A stretch of 63,445 nucleotides of DNA, the filler included, from Octopus bimaculoides (Eukaryota), in assembly GCF_001194135.2 (NCBI RefSeq). It is 5 parts of 4 records of this genome, joined end to end, with 100 filler letters (N's around TTAATTAATTAA, not from the genome) between each part and the next. Parts side by side here need not be neighbours in the genome. Positions count along the whole stretch, not along the records: positions 21,409 to 48,535 come from NC_068985.1; 4 more parts are not named here. One strand, written 5' to 3'. This document shows positions 36,053 through 47,515 of the stretch, piece by piece. The notes beneath the pieces are model-generated. The model made no database searches and was not told where the DNA came from. It saw only the letters and a program-made list of their open reading frames with translations. Numbering within the stretch: the stretch's first letter is position 1; each line of letters opens with the position of its first letter. A program made the position numbers and the translations under genes.

Positions 36053-38770
36053 TGCTGCGAAACACAGCGGACGTGTTTTCGAAAGCGCCTAGTAAGTTCA
36101 GTTCAAAATATTTATTTACACCAGGTTTGGTGTCATTCGGAGGACGTTAAAATTTAATGGAATCAATACAACTCAACAAGATGGCGGAAGGCGTCTTGAA
36201 AGAGTTGAGGAAAAGCAAAACAAACCCTCCTACCAATATGGTGATAGATGAAGACTTCCTTCCCCTTCCCTCTGTCACGGGCAACAATACAAGGGAAGGG
36301 GAGGAGGAGAAGACAAGACTGTCATGTTACGCAGTACAACGAACAGTATCATAGTAGCAGAAATACTAACAGCGGTAGAAATGATAACAGCAGCAGCTGC
36401 AACATTGACAGTAGCCGCAGCAGTAGTAGTAGTGGGAGCATTTGGCACTCCGTCGCTTACGACGTCGAGGGTTCCAGTTGATCCGATCAACGGAACAGCC
36501 TGCTCGTGAAATTAACGTGCAAGTGGCTGAGCACTCAACGGACACGTGTACCCTTAACGTAGTTCTCGGGGATATTCAGCGTGACACAGTGTGACAAAGC
36601 TGACCCTTTGAATTACAGGCACAACAGAAACAGGAAGTAAGAGTGAGAGAAAGTTGTGGTGAAAGAGTACAGCAGGGTTCGCCACCATCCCCTGCCGGAG
36701 CCTCGTGGAGCTTTAGGTGTTTTCACTCAATAAACACTCACAACGCCCGGTCTGGGAATCGAAACCGCGATCCTATGACTGCGAGTCTGCTGCCCTAACC
36801 ACTGGGCCATTGCGCCTCCAGTGGGAGCAGTAACAACCACGAAAAAGAAAGCTACAGCAGTGGCAGTAGCGATAGCAACAACAATAGCAACATCAACGAG
36901 GTTAAAAGTGACAACAGCAACCACAAAACCAATATCAACAACATCGATAAGAACGACAACAATGGCAGCAGCAGCAAGAGGGGCAACAGCAAAAAGCGAA
37001 AACAATACAAATAAAAACATCAAAAATTGTTTTGCAGCAGCAGCCAAGACCAAACACCGATATACCATAGACATCACAAACAGGGAGCAGATGCTCCCAA
37101 AGGCATGGAAACTAATTAAACAAGCGAAAAATTGGGCAAATCTGACTATTGCATCAGAGGCAATTGAAGCAGTGGAGAGAAGAACAGTACTTTGCAGATG
37201 CATCTCAGCAGATACGAAAAGAGCGGCTTTGATAGACCAAGTAGATATTGAGGCGGCGCTGAGGTGCATAACAAATGACATAGAATACACAGCGAGGGGC
37301 AAACAATACGGCACCATTTCGGAGCTGTTTAAATCAGAAGCCCACGTTATGAAACATTCAATGACCCACACTACAAAACCAGCTAAGTCATCACGTACCC
37401 ATACCACAAGGTGAAACGTACAGCCCGTGTTTGCATTCTTAGAATCCCACCAGGACTAGACTTTTGGTGACTTCTGGGATGCGTAATCGTGGAGGGGACG
37501 GATACTGTTCCTATAGAGACGAACAGAACTGCCAGGGAGGGCTGGTCAAGAGATGACCTGGAAATACTTCTCCAGATTTGACCTGAAAACATAAAAAAAT
37601 TCCGGACCACATCCGTCTCCAGAACGGGTCGGTGATACATATTATGACTGAGGGCAAAAGGCTTCATTGTTTCAGATGTGGAGAAACGACTTATTTGGCT
37701 GCTCGATGCCCCCTACGGCATCCACTGCTACCTACGCCGGGACGAGAATCACAAACATCATCAGCACCGGCAAAGCCAACAGCAACAACACCAGAGACAT
37801 TAACCACCGTAGAGGCAAACAAGGAAAGCTCTCCTACCCCCTGCACACCAAAGAGAAATATACGCATAAAGAAGATTATAAACATGCACACAGACACAGA
37901 TACACTTACAGCAACAGACCCTTCACCTTCCAGTAGTGAAGTTGAAGGAAAACCGAAGGGTCCAAAAAACAAAACAGAAACCACAAGAGAAAAATTCCAC
38001 AATGCATAACAACACCCATAATAAAAAAGATACAGACACCATCCACGCAAACATCTCCCCAAAAAATACCAACACAAACACAACCAACACAATCACTAAC
38101 ACCAGAATCCCCCAAGCGCAAACAACCTAAACAGGAACAGACACTCATACAAATGTCTAAACCTGCAGACACCACACTCACAGCACAAGACCATCACCAC
38201 TACAGTCAATCAAACAAATTAAACAACACCAGTACAAAACACCCAACTTCGTACTCATCAGTAGGGACAACGAGGAACTGATTGCATTTGTAACACAAAA
38301 CACGGAACTTGAAACAGGGTGGGGTGATTTTCGAATCGAACGCATTTCGAGTAAAAGAAGATTTACTTCTGATGCGAATGTCGCTTGATTCCTACACAAA
38401 AATTCGAGAGAGCTTTCCGGAGCACGTGGGAACCCCGAACGTGAGGCCTACATCAAGGCTCTTAAAGGGAGTTCCCTAAAAATACCCCACCATTTATGGA
38501 AGTCGAACCACCCAACCTTCATAAGACACCGGGTAGTAAGTAAACTTTTCCTTTCTCTCTTTAGCTTGCCAACATGGCCATACTAAGATTAGGATTTTTA
38601 AATGTGCGCCCCTGGAAGCAGAGACGCCTGCTCAACGCCCTCAGGTCTCTAGAACTGGATATAATTGCTGTCAGTGAAACCACGATTTCCAATACACGCG
38701 TACTGGCCCCCATTTTCGACGACTATCAGATTTTTGCATCTATTAGTCGGTCGGGAATGGGAGTCCTCCT
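36052..38770 (+). mobile_element. Tx1/L1-type non-LTR element: 5' end, ORF1 (gag-like, Zn knuckle) and start of ORF2 (APE endonuclease), 3'-truncated
   Basis: Starts right after (TTA)n. ORF1 pieces include FAAAAK...ARGKQYGTI...ILRIPPG...PDHIRLQNGSVIHIMTEGKRLHCFRCGETTYLAARCP (C-x2-C-x4-Y-x4-C). ORF2 at 38574 reads MAILRLGFLNVR...LDIIAVSET (APE motifs). Confidence 0.8.
36441..36819 (-). mobile_element. tRNA(Arg)-like SINE, family C, full length with 10-bp TSD
   Basis: Head GGCGCAATGGCCCAGTGGTTAGGGCAG...GGTTTCGATTCCC. TSD AGTGGGAGCA at 36431-36440 and 36820-36829. Confidence 0.9.
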
Positions 38771-38949
38771 CGTCCCACCTTCTAGCATTCTACTCATGTT
38801 TATTGCTCATCCACATTGGGTCAGTTCCTTCCTTTTCTTCATCATTTATCAAAGTCTCTGTCTTTATTATCTTCTCTGTGGCTGAGGTACCAAGTAGCAG
38901 CATTATACTCTTCCAGCTCTTAACAATAACATAACAACAAAAGGCATTA

Positions 38950-38984
<35 letters not shown>

Positions 38985-40231
38985 TTTTCTTCTTCTCCTA
39001 CAGCAACAACAACAGCGACAACCACAATAACGATAATGGAACTCATAAAACTATCGCTTATTGTAATTGAAAAGATTTTATTGGCAACGAGGGCAGAATT
39101 AATACTGAGAGATAATATTCATCCCCACTTAAACGTGAATGTTTTGTCAGAACAAACTGTACTGCGGGATTTACCATGAGAGAGAACCTCATATTAGCTT
39201 TCTAGTACAAAATGCACTTTTCTTTACATCGCTAGCGGGGACGTAACTTCCTGCCACCTACAAAGCCGAGACAACCAGATTTCGACCTTCCTTGATTTTG
39301 TCAATGAAGGACGCTCGACTGCTTGAGTCTGCATTTCCTTGTGTTCTTTTGGGGTGAATTTTGTCTTTTAGGGCTTTTGTTTTTTGTTTGTTTTGTTTTT
39401 TTTTTGATTAGCCATTTAGTTTATGAAGGTTGTTGTTATTCCTCATGTTGATAATGTTAGTGGTGATGGTGATGATAAGAATTTTCATATCTAGACATCA
39501 CTATTATCTCCATTACATTCTTCTGTATCGCCATCACCATCACCAACACCACCATCGTCAGTAGTATCAGTGTAAGTGATGGTTCAAATAGAACCATTGG
39601 AATAACACTAACACACACACGCACACATACTCACACACACATATATACACATGAATATAGGTATTTCACACATATCCACACATACACGCATACACAACGC
39701 ACTATATATATATATATATATATNNNNNNNNNNNNNNNNNNNNNNNNNNNNNNNNNNNNNNNNNNNNNNNNNNNNNNNNNNNNNNNNNNNNNNNNNNNNN
39801 NNNNNNNNNNNNNNNNNNNNNNNNNNNNNNNNNNNNNNNNNNNNNNNNNNNNNNNNNNNNNNNNNNNNNNNNNNNNNNNNNNNNNNNNNNNNNNNNNNNN
39901 NNNNNNNNNNNNNNNNNNNNNNNNNNNNNNNNNNNNNNNNNNNNNNNNNNNNNNNNNNNNNNNNNNNNNNNNNNNNNNNNNNNNNNNNNNNNNNNNNNNN
40001 NNNNNNNNNNNNNNNNNNNNNNNNNNNNNNNNNNNNNNNNNNNNNNNNNNNNNNNNNNNNNNNNNNNNNNNNNNNNNNNNNNNNNNNNNNNNNNNNNNNN
40101 NNNNNNNNNNNNNNNNNNNNNNNNNNNNNNNNNNNNNNNNNNNNATATATATATATATATATACACATATATATATGCATACATACACCTACACACATAG
40201 GTTTAAAGAGAAAAGACACTAAATCGTCTCA

Positions 40232-40380
40232 CGACTAAAAAAATCTCACAAACACGTGTTGAATTCGACACAACAAGCCGACTGATATTGTTAATAATAT
40301 ATTCGGGATGATCTATTTTATTAATAATTTCAGTTGGCTTGTTGCGCCGAATTCAACACGTGGTTGTAAGTTTTTAGCGT
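40232..40380. mobile_element. Hairpin MITE (48-bp arms, 20-nt spacer)
   Basis: Arms at 40250-40297 and 40318-40365 match at 42 of 48 positions, with weaker pairing extending outward. Confidence 0.75.
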
Positions 40381-40532
40381 CTATTTCTCAGCATATAGGC
40401 TAGATTTTTTTATTTCTAAGCCCTTATTATAATTATACATATAATTTCACCTTAATCAGTTTTCTTTTTTATCTGCTAGTCACTGGAAACAAATTTTTTA
40501 AAGCTTTATCCTCTATCATATACATATGTATA

Positions 40533-40575
40533 CAGTAATCCCTCACCGTGTCGCGGTTCACACTTGAGACCGATC
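40533..40575 (+). mobile_element. Tigger/pogo-like TIR fragment
   Basis: TA|CAGTAATCCCTCACCGTGTCGCGGTTCAC. Confidence 0.45.
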
Positions 40576-40777
40576 TGGTTGCCCCACAAAAAGTCCATTC
40601 CTCCGTGGTGTTGTTTTGCATTTACAATAAAATAACTATATACAAATTATGAAAATAATTAAAAATATGTATATAGATATGTATATATATCCATTTATCT
40701 ATCTATATATATATATATATATACGTACATACATACATATACATATGTATATGTATATATAAGTGTGTGTGTGTGTG

Positions 40778-40818
<41 letters not shown>

Positions 40819-40835
40819 CCACACATATATAAATA

Positions 40836-41441
40836 CGAGGGGAAGTCTAAAATTATCCGGACTTTCACCATAACGTATGTTCATAACGTATCTTTCAAAC
40901 TGCCTTCTGCGCATGCGTGCTTATAGTTGGTACAATTGCGGTCACGTGATTGAAGTTTAAACCTGGACGCGCCATTTTTCCTTCTGGTTTCATGGCCGCT
41001 CCATTAGCAATGTGCACCAAAAAAGAACAAAGAGCAGTGATCCGAATTCTCTGGTGCCGACGTTCACCGGCGGATTTTAGAACAATACAGTGACAGAGCG
41101 CTACGTGCAGAAGTGTGTATGAGTGCAACAAGTTTAAAAGTGGCCGGACAAGCGTGACGCAGGAAGAGGGAGCAGGAAGAGGGAGCAGGATGCCTGACAA
41201 TCTCCACTACTGACAAGAATATTCAGCAAGGTGAACAAGTTTACCATTACCATCTCTCGGATCACTGCTCTTTGTTCTTCTTTAGTACACGTTGATAGAG
41301 GAGCAGCATGCTTACACTGTAAAGCCAGAAAGGAAAATGGCGCGATCAGGCTCAAACTTCGATCACGTGACAACAGAAGGCAGTGTGACAATAATAAGGA
41401 TATGTTTTGGCGAAAGCGTGGATAATTTTTGACTACGCATT

Positions 41442-41442
<1 letters not shown>
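40836..41442. mobile_element. mariner derivative made of two inverted transposase 5' ends
   Basis: TA-flanked TIRs (TACGAGGGGAAGTCTAAAATTATCC and GGATAATTTTTGACTACGCATTGTA). The plus strand encodes MAAPLAMCTKKEQRAVIR...FKSGRTSV and the minus strand encodes AAPLSTCTKEEQRAVIR. Confidence 0.8.
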
Positions 41443-41509
<67 letters not shown>

Positions 41510-41513
41510 GCAC

Positions 41514-41599
41514 AGAGAGAGTAATCACTGAAGTATCGCGGGTGATACGTTCCAAATCCCTCTGCGATAGGTAAAAATCCGCCAAGTAGAAACAGTATT
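41514..41599 (+). mobile_element. Tigger/pogo-like left end, running into a gap
   Basis: GTAATCACTGAAGTATCGCGGGTGATACGTTCCAAA..CTGCGATAGGTAAAAATCCGCCAAGT. Confidence 0.5.
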
Positions 41600-41940
41600 N
41601 NNNNNNNNNNNNNNNNNNNNNNNNNNNNNNNNNNNNNNNNNNNNNNNNNNNNNNNNNNNNNNNNNNNNNNNNNNNNNNNNNNNNNNNNNNNNNNNNNNNN
41701 NNNNNNNNNNNNNNNNNNNNNNNNNNNNNNNNNNNNNNNNNNNNNNNNNNNNNNNNNNNNNNNNNNNNNNNNNNNNNNNNNNNNNNNNNNNNNNNNNNNN
41801 NNNNNNNNNNNNNNNNNNNNNNNNNNNNNNNNNNNNNNNNNNNNNNNNNNNNNNNNNNNNNNNNNNNNNNNNNNNNNNNNNNNNNNNNNNNNNNNNNNNN
41901 NNNNNNNNNNNNNNNTATATATATATATATATATATATGC

Positions 41941-41971
<31 letters not shown>

Positions 41972-42196
41972 CACACACACACACATATATACATATACAT
42001 ATGTATATATATGTATGTACGTGGAGTTTCTGCCTCACTAACAGGAATTACACCACAGTTATTTTGTGATCTTTGCTACCTTGGTTTCTATTAACCCATT
42101 TATTCTATCCGAATTATTATTTATTAGGATAAAATAAATACATATAATTATATATATATACATATCTATATACATATATGTATGTATGAATATATA

Positions 42197-42397
42197 TGTC
42201 AGAATCGTTAGCACACCGGGCGAGACGCTTCGTGGTATTTCACCTTTCGCTACGTTCTGAGTTCAAATTCCGCCGAGATCGACATTGCCTTTCATCCTTT
42301 CGGGGTGAATTAAATGAGTACAAGTTACGCACTGTGGTCGATGGAATCGATTTAATCACTTTTCCCAAATTTGAGGCTTTGTGCTTCCAGTAGAAAA
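42197..42397 (+). mobile_element. SINE family B ending in (ATT)n
   Basis: Family B head and body; the tail GTAGAAAATATTATT runs into the microsatellite. Confidence 0.85.
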
Positions 42398-42431
<34 letters not shown>

Positions 42432-42434
<3 letters not shown>

Positions 42435-43330
42435 TAGTTTTATTTTTATAACGTGCTTTCACTTCACTACCGAGCGCAGCTCTGTGTGCCTTGGATATGT
42501 GCTGTAATTTGCTGTGATGCTATTATGGTTACTGTATTGAAAGTGTTTTGCGTAGGATGTGTGCAGTGCCCAGTAGTGCAATTTTCTGTATGTTATATAT
42601 ATTTGTAAGTCCTGGTGTTTTTGTTATGTATTTGTCTGAATATTTTTTTATTATACCTAAGGCGCCTACTATGATAGGAATTGTTTCTGTTTTTAGATTC
42701 CACATTCGAGTTACCTCTATTTCCAGGTCTTTGTATTTTGAAAGTTTCTCTGCTGGTATTGATACATCAATTAGAAAGCATTTTTTTCCTCCATGATCTC
42801 TGACAACTATATCTGGCCTATTGGCCTTAATTTCTCTATCTGTGTGTATTGGCATATCCCAGTGTATGGTTTCTTTCTCGTTTTCTGTAACCTTTTGTTG
42901 CGTGTACTTATACCATCTTTTTCTGTTGTTATCCCATAGTGCTGGCATAGCTTCCAGTGTGTGTAGATCCCAGCTCTGTCGTGTCTGTGAATATATTCCT
43001 TCTTAGCCTGGACTGGGCAGCCAGAGATAATATGATTTATTGTTTCTTGTCCATCGCCACATATTCTGCAGTTACTTGTTATGTTTCTTTTCATTATATC
43101 CTTTTGGTAATTTCTGGTGGGGAGGCTTTGGTCTTGTGCAGCAATTAAAAATCCTTCAGTCTCTGCTTTGAGTCCTGAGCTTCTCAACCATTGCTGGGAT
43201 TTTTCTCTGTCTATTTCTTTTGCATTTAGTTTAGCCCAGTATTTACCATGTAGGGGCTTTTCTTGCCATCGTCTTATCATGGTCCGTTGCTGTTCTAGCT
43301 TAAGTTTGGATTTCATTCTTTTATAGCCTT
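42432..43330 (-). mobile_element. R4/Dong-type non-LTR element, 3' part (CCHC knuckle and RLE), in (AAT)n
   Basis: WQEKPLHGKY...WLRSSGLKAETEGFLIAAQDQSL...CRICGDGQETINHIISGC...RHD...NRPDIVV...LIDVSIP..KLSKYKDL...PIIVGALG...GTAHILRK*. Short 3' UTR; (AAT)n on both sides. Confidence 0.9.
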
Positions 43331-43347
43331 TCTTCTTCTTCTTCTTC

Positions 43348-43380
<33 letters not shown>

Positions 43381-43404
43381 TTATTATTATTATTATTATT
43401 CATG

Positions 43405-43830
43405 GTGATCTCATATCAAGACAAGCAGCGCATGACCTTGCAGGTGGGACCCACTTGGAATTTTTCCAGGTCGAGTAGTCCATCCCGCTCAAAAGGTCCC
43501 TGAATAAGGTTTGTTTAAGGATGTTAAACAAAACACCCATGTTTCCAAAGGTGAATTATCGAAACCCCAAAGAATTCCTCTCAACACATGGCTATGATGC
43601 TCCCCAAGTACTTTTTCTCCTGATCAGAGATGCACATATCATCAGCCACTAAGGGACGTGCTCAACTGGATAAGGTCAAACAAATGACAAGCAAATCTGT
43701 GGTATTGAGCAGAATATTTGCTGTAGCCCATCTTTTTATGCCAAGACAAAACAATGTACATGATAACACTTCCAATCAATTAAGATGAGAAGCCATGAGA
43801 GCCACTACCTGGTACTGCATCCGGACATTT
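43405..43830 (-). mobile_element. Non-coding (AAT)n-flanked element X
   Basis: Reverse-complement match to 47180-47490. No ORF; (AAT)n on both sides. Confidence 0.75.
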
Positions 43831-43847
43831 ATTATAATTATTATTAT

Positions 43848-44107
43848 TTTATGTTTGACTTTTGTTTTGCATTTGTACAAGTTGGATCCAAGTCTCACCC
43901 AGAGACCTCAAGAGACAACAAGTTAGAAGTTCATGTAGGTGTAATGCATTGGGTACCATATATTTGGATTTGTACAGTTTTTTTCAAGTGAATGTTTAAG
44001 AAACCATAAGAAAATTATGTGTTTGCTTTAAAATTTGAGATCACATAGACAGTATTTTACGTAGGATATGGGCAGTTCCCATGAGCACTATCTTTTGAAC
44101 TTCTATT

Positions 44108-44112
<5 letters not shown>
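43848..44112 (-). mobile_element. 3' end of a second R4-type family
   Basis: LIEVQKIVLMGTAHILRKILSM*, then a ~190-nt UTR ending in (AAT)n. Confidence 0.8.
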
Positions 44113-44151
<39 letters not shown>

Positions 44152-44179
44152 CATCATCATCATCATCATTGTTAGTAGT

Positions 44180-44524
44180 AGTAGTAGTAGCAGGGTAGAT
44201 AGGGAAGTGTCGCCTTGTAGCAAGTTTGTTGAAAGGTGGGTGAATGTTAGAAGAATGGCCAGTTTGAAAGGATCAATTCTGAGAGTACACCTGTAAACAA
44301 AAGAAGGGCTCTTGCTCTGTTGTTCAGGCACCCGTGACTTTTGTGGATTTTTCACGAGGTCCTTAAAGCGCCTCCTCTATTGAGAGTTTTAAATTGTTTA
44401 TTTTTTATTGTTTTTATATTGTTTACACGTTGGGTCTTAACCCATTGTATCCTCCTGTTTTTGTCTTTTATGCTGTTGTATGACTCCATGTAAATTTATG
44501 TAAGCCCTTGTGGCTAATAAATGA

Positions 44525-44527
<3 letters not shown>
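44180..44527 (+). mobile_element. Probable 3' end of a Tx1/L1-type element
   Basis: RVDREVSPCSKFVERWVNVRRMASLKGSILRVHL*, then a T-rich UTR and GCCCTTGTGGCTAATAAA before (TTA)n. The same terminus recurs near 61093-61115. Confidence 0.55.
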
Positions 44528-44602
<75 letters not shown>

Positions 44603-44611
44603 TGTTACTAT

Positions 44612-44738
44612 TAAGACGGTAAGCTAGCAGGTCTGGCAAAATGTTTAATAGCATTTCGTCTGCCTTTACAGTTTCACTTGAAATTCTCCCGAGGTCGAAT
44701 TTACCTTTCACTCTTTCAAGGTCGATGAAATAAGTACC
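44612..44738 (+). mobile_element. SINE family B fragment, running into a gap
   Basis: GAGGTCGAATTTACCTTTCACTCTTTCAAGGTCGATGAAATAAGTACC. Confidence 0.75.
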
Positions 44739-45215
44739 NNNNNNNNNNNNNNNNNNNNNNNNNNNNNNNNNNNNNNNNNNNNNNNNNNNNNNNNNNNNNN
44801 NNNNNNNNNNNNNNNNNNNNNNNNNNNNNNNNNNNNNNNNNNNNNNNNNNNNNNNNNNNNNNNNNNNNNNNNNNNNNNNNNNNNNNNNNNNNNNNNNNNN
44901 NNNNNNNNNNNNNNNNNNNNNNNNNNNNNNNNNNNNNNNNNNNNNNNNNNNNNNNNNNNNNNNNNNNNNNNNNNNNNNNNNNNNNNNNNNNNNNNNNNNN
45001 NNNNNNNNNNNNNNNNNNNNNNNNNNNNNNNNNNNNNNNNNNNNNNNNNNNNNNNNNNNNNNNNNNNNNNNNNNNNNNNNNNNNNNNNNNNNNNNNNNNN
45101 NNNNNNNNNNNNNNNNNNNNNNNNNNNNNNNNNNNNNNNNNNNNNNNNNNNNNNNNNNNNNNNNNNNNNNNNNNNNNNNNNNNNNNNNNNNNNNNNNNNN
45201 NNNNNNNNNNNNNNN

Positions 45216-45254
<39 letters not shown>

Positions 45255-46241
45255 ATATATATATATGTGTGTATGTGTGTGTGTGTGTTTAATTTTTATT
45301 CACATACATTTTATTCGTTAACTGTGATATGTTTGCTTCGTTGCTGAATTTGAAAAATTTTAATCAATTTCCATATCGATTCTCGATTAGATTATTGATC
45401 ATTTGACGTTACCATCTTTTACATTTTCTGTAATTAAAGAGCAAATTGTGTTCAGAAATTTCCTCTCTGTTTCGTGTAAAACTTGATCCCCTCACAAACT
45501 AGACATCTTTACTTAATGTAATAGCCAATGTCTTATCTAACTTACAATTAAATGCCAGATTTTCAGGAATTGTAATGTTGTTGAGGCAAATTTATTTCTG
45601 TAGGCTTATCTCCAATCTTCATTATTCGTATAACACTAGACAAGTCTCGTGTTTCAATCTGCCTGCTGGTGATAAAGTAACTCTCCCTTGCTTCCTGGAT
45701 GCAATTCAATTATCTACAATATCCCCTATACGTCGTTGAATTAACTGGGATATTTGGTGGCTATGTAGATAGTATTGCGGTGTTTTAAATTTACTTATTG
45801 ATGCGTAGATGTACTTGTGCACTTATGTATATAAAAGGAATGTGTTTATCAAACAGTGTCAAAGATATACAACCAAAATTTTAACTTTTGTTATTGCATT
45901 TCTCTATCTACATACATTTTTGAGAAAACGTGAACGCATTAAGTACGCCAGCATTTTAATTCTGTCTATGACGTAATATATGACCATAGTTACTATTAGC
46001 TGATAGCTCAGTGAGGAAGTTGAACTACAAAAAAAGGCTAGTTTATTAAAACTTGTAAATAATGGTAAGCATACATGATTTATAGTAAATTGTGGTTATA
46101 TATAACTTCCGCTACAAAGAAGTTGGACACAACAATATACATTTCAGATAGACAGTTTTACATAGACGTACTTATTTACATGCATACTCATACACATGCA
46201 TGAGCACATGCTTATCTATGTACATACATACATACGTATGT

Positions 46242-46321
<80 letters not shown>

Positions 46322-47179
46322 TTCTATAATCGCAGCATCTTTCTAGTATAGGGATATTCTGAAGTAGATCTCCATTTCCGCGTGATCACTGAATGTTCAT
46401 CTCACTTCGGTCCTTTTTTTTTTTAAAGCAGAAAAATTTGTCGGTAAAATATTTCCGCTTAAAAAAAAAAGGTGTTTATCCTTTACATATAGCTGTTCAG
46501 TATCTATGCGTTGAATAAAATTTATCTTTCTACTTGTTCTACAGTACATTTCAACGCATCGAAAATAAACTTGTTTGTTTACATACAGCGTAACATATAT
46601 ACATATATGTATACATATTTAATAATAAGAGTAGAAATTAATATTAATCAATTAAAATCAGTGGTCTAGCATATTTAAAAAAATCCGAAGATTAAAATTA
46701 TATTACATACAAAATTAAGAGGAATGACCGGCAAAAGTGCACTCCTATGTGCTAGAAATAGATGCCAAATCACCTAACCACGAAGAATATGTTCTCAAGA
46801 AAAAAATTTCTGGTGTCTCGCATAAGATGTGCAATGAAAATGTACTCCTCAGCTGCATAATGGAAGTTCATTTCAGAAAGCCATTTTGTAAATGTGTGCA
46901 AATAAAAGAGTAGGAGATGGTATATTTATGTGTGTGTATACACACACACACACACACACACACACANNNNNNNNNNNNNNNNNNNNNNNNNNNNNNNNNN
47001 NNNNNNNNNNNNNNNNNNNNNNNNNNNNNNNNNNNNNNNNNNNNNNNNNNNNNNNNNNNNNNNNNNTATTATTATTATTATTATTATTATTATTATCATC
47101 ATCATCATTATTATATACAGATTTGCTAGCTCAATACCACAAATTCGCTCCTGACTGATTGGCAGTTTTATCGTGTATA

Positions 47180-47490
47180 TATTTTATCTCGGTATAAATG
47201 ATGGGCTACAGCAAATATTCTACTCAATACCACAGATTTACTTGTCAGTTGTTTGACCTTAACCAGTTTAGCATGTCCCTTGGTGGCTAATGATATGTGC
47301 ATCTCTGATCACAGGCAAGTGTTGTGGGGGTCATCATAGCCATGTGTTGAGAGGAATTCTTTGGAGTTTGAATAATTCACCTCTGGAAAAATGAGTGTTT
47401 CATTCATCATCCTTAAACCTTATTCAGGGATCTTTTGAGCGGGGTGGGCTACTCGCACTTTGAAGGCTTACGCTGCTCTCTCCCTCAATA
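47180..47490 (+). mobile_element. Second copy of element X (internally deleted), ending in (AAT)n
   Basis: GATGGGCTACAGCAAATATTCT...CATCATAGCCATGTGTTGAGAGGAATTCTTTGG...CTCTCTCCCTCAATAATAAT. Confidence 0.75.
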
Positions 47491-47515
47491 ATAATAATAA
47501 TAATAATAATAATAA

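Noticed and set aside
36441-36819. tRNA gene calls for SINE heads (also families A, B and D)
   Set aside because: The A/B-box-like heads continue into long SINE bodies with TSDs and lack a complete cloverleaf.
38770-44180. Idea that the Tx1 5' part (36052-38770) and the Tx1-like 3' end (44180-44527) are one insertion
   Set aside because: The visible intervening sequence contains no ORF2 RT remnants, so separate insertions are more parsimonious.
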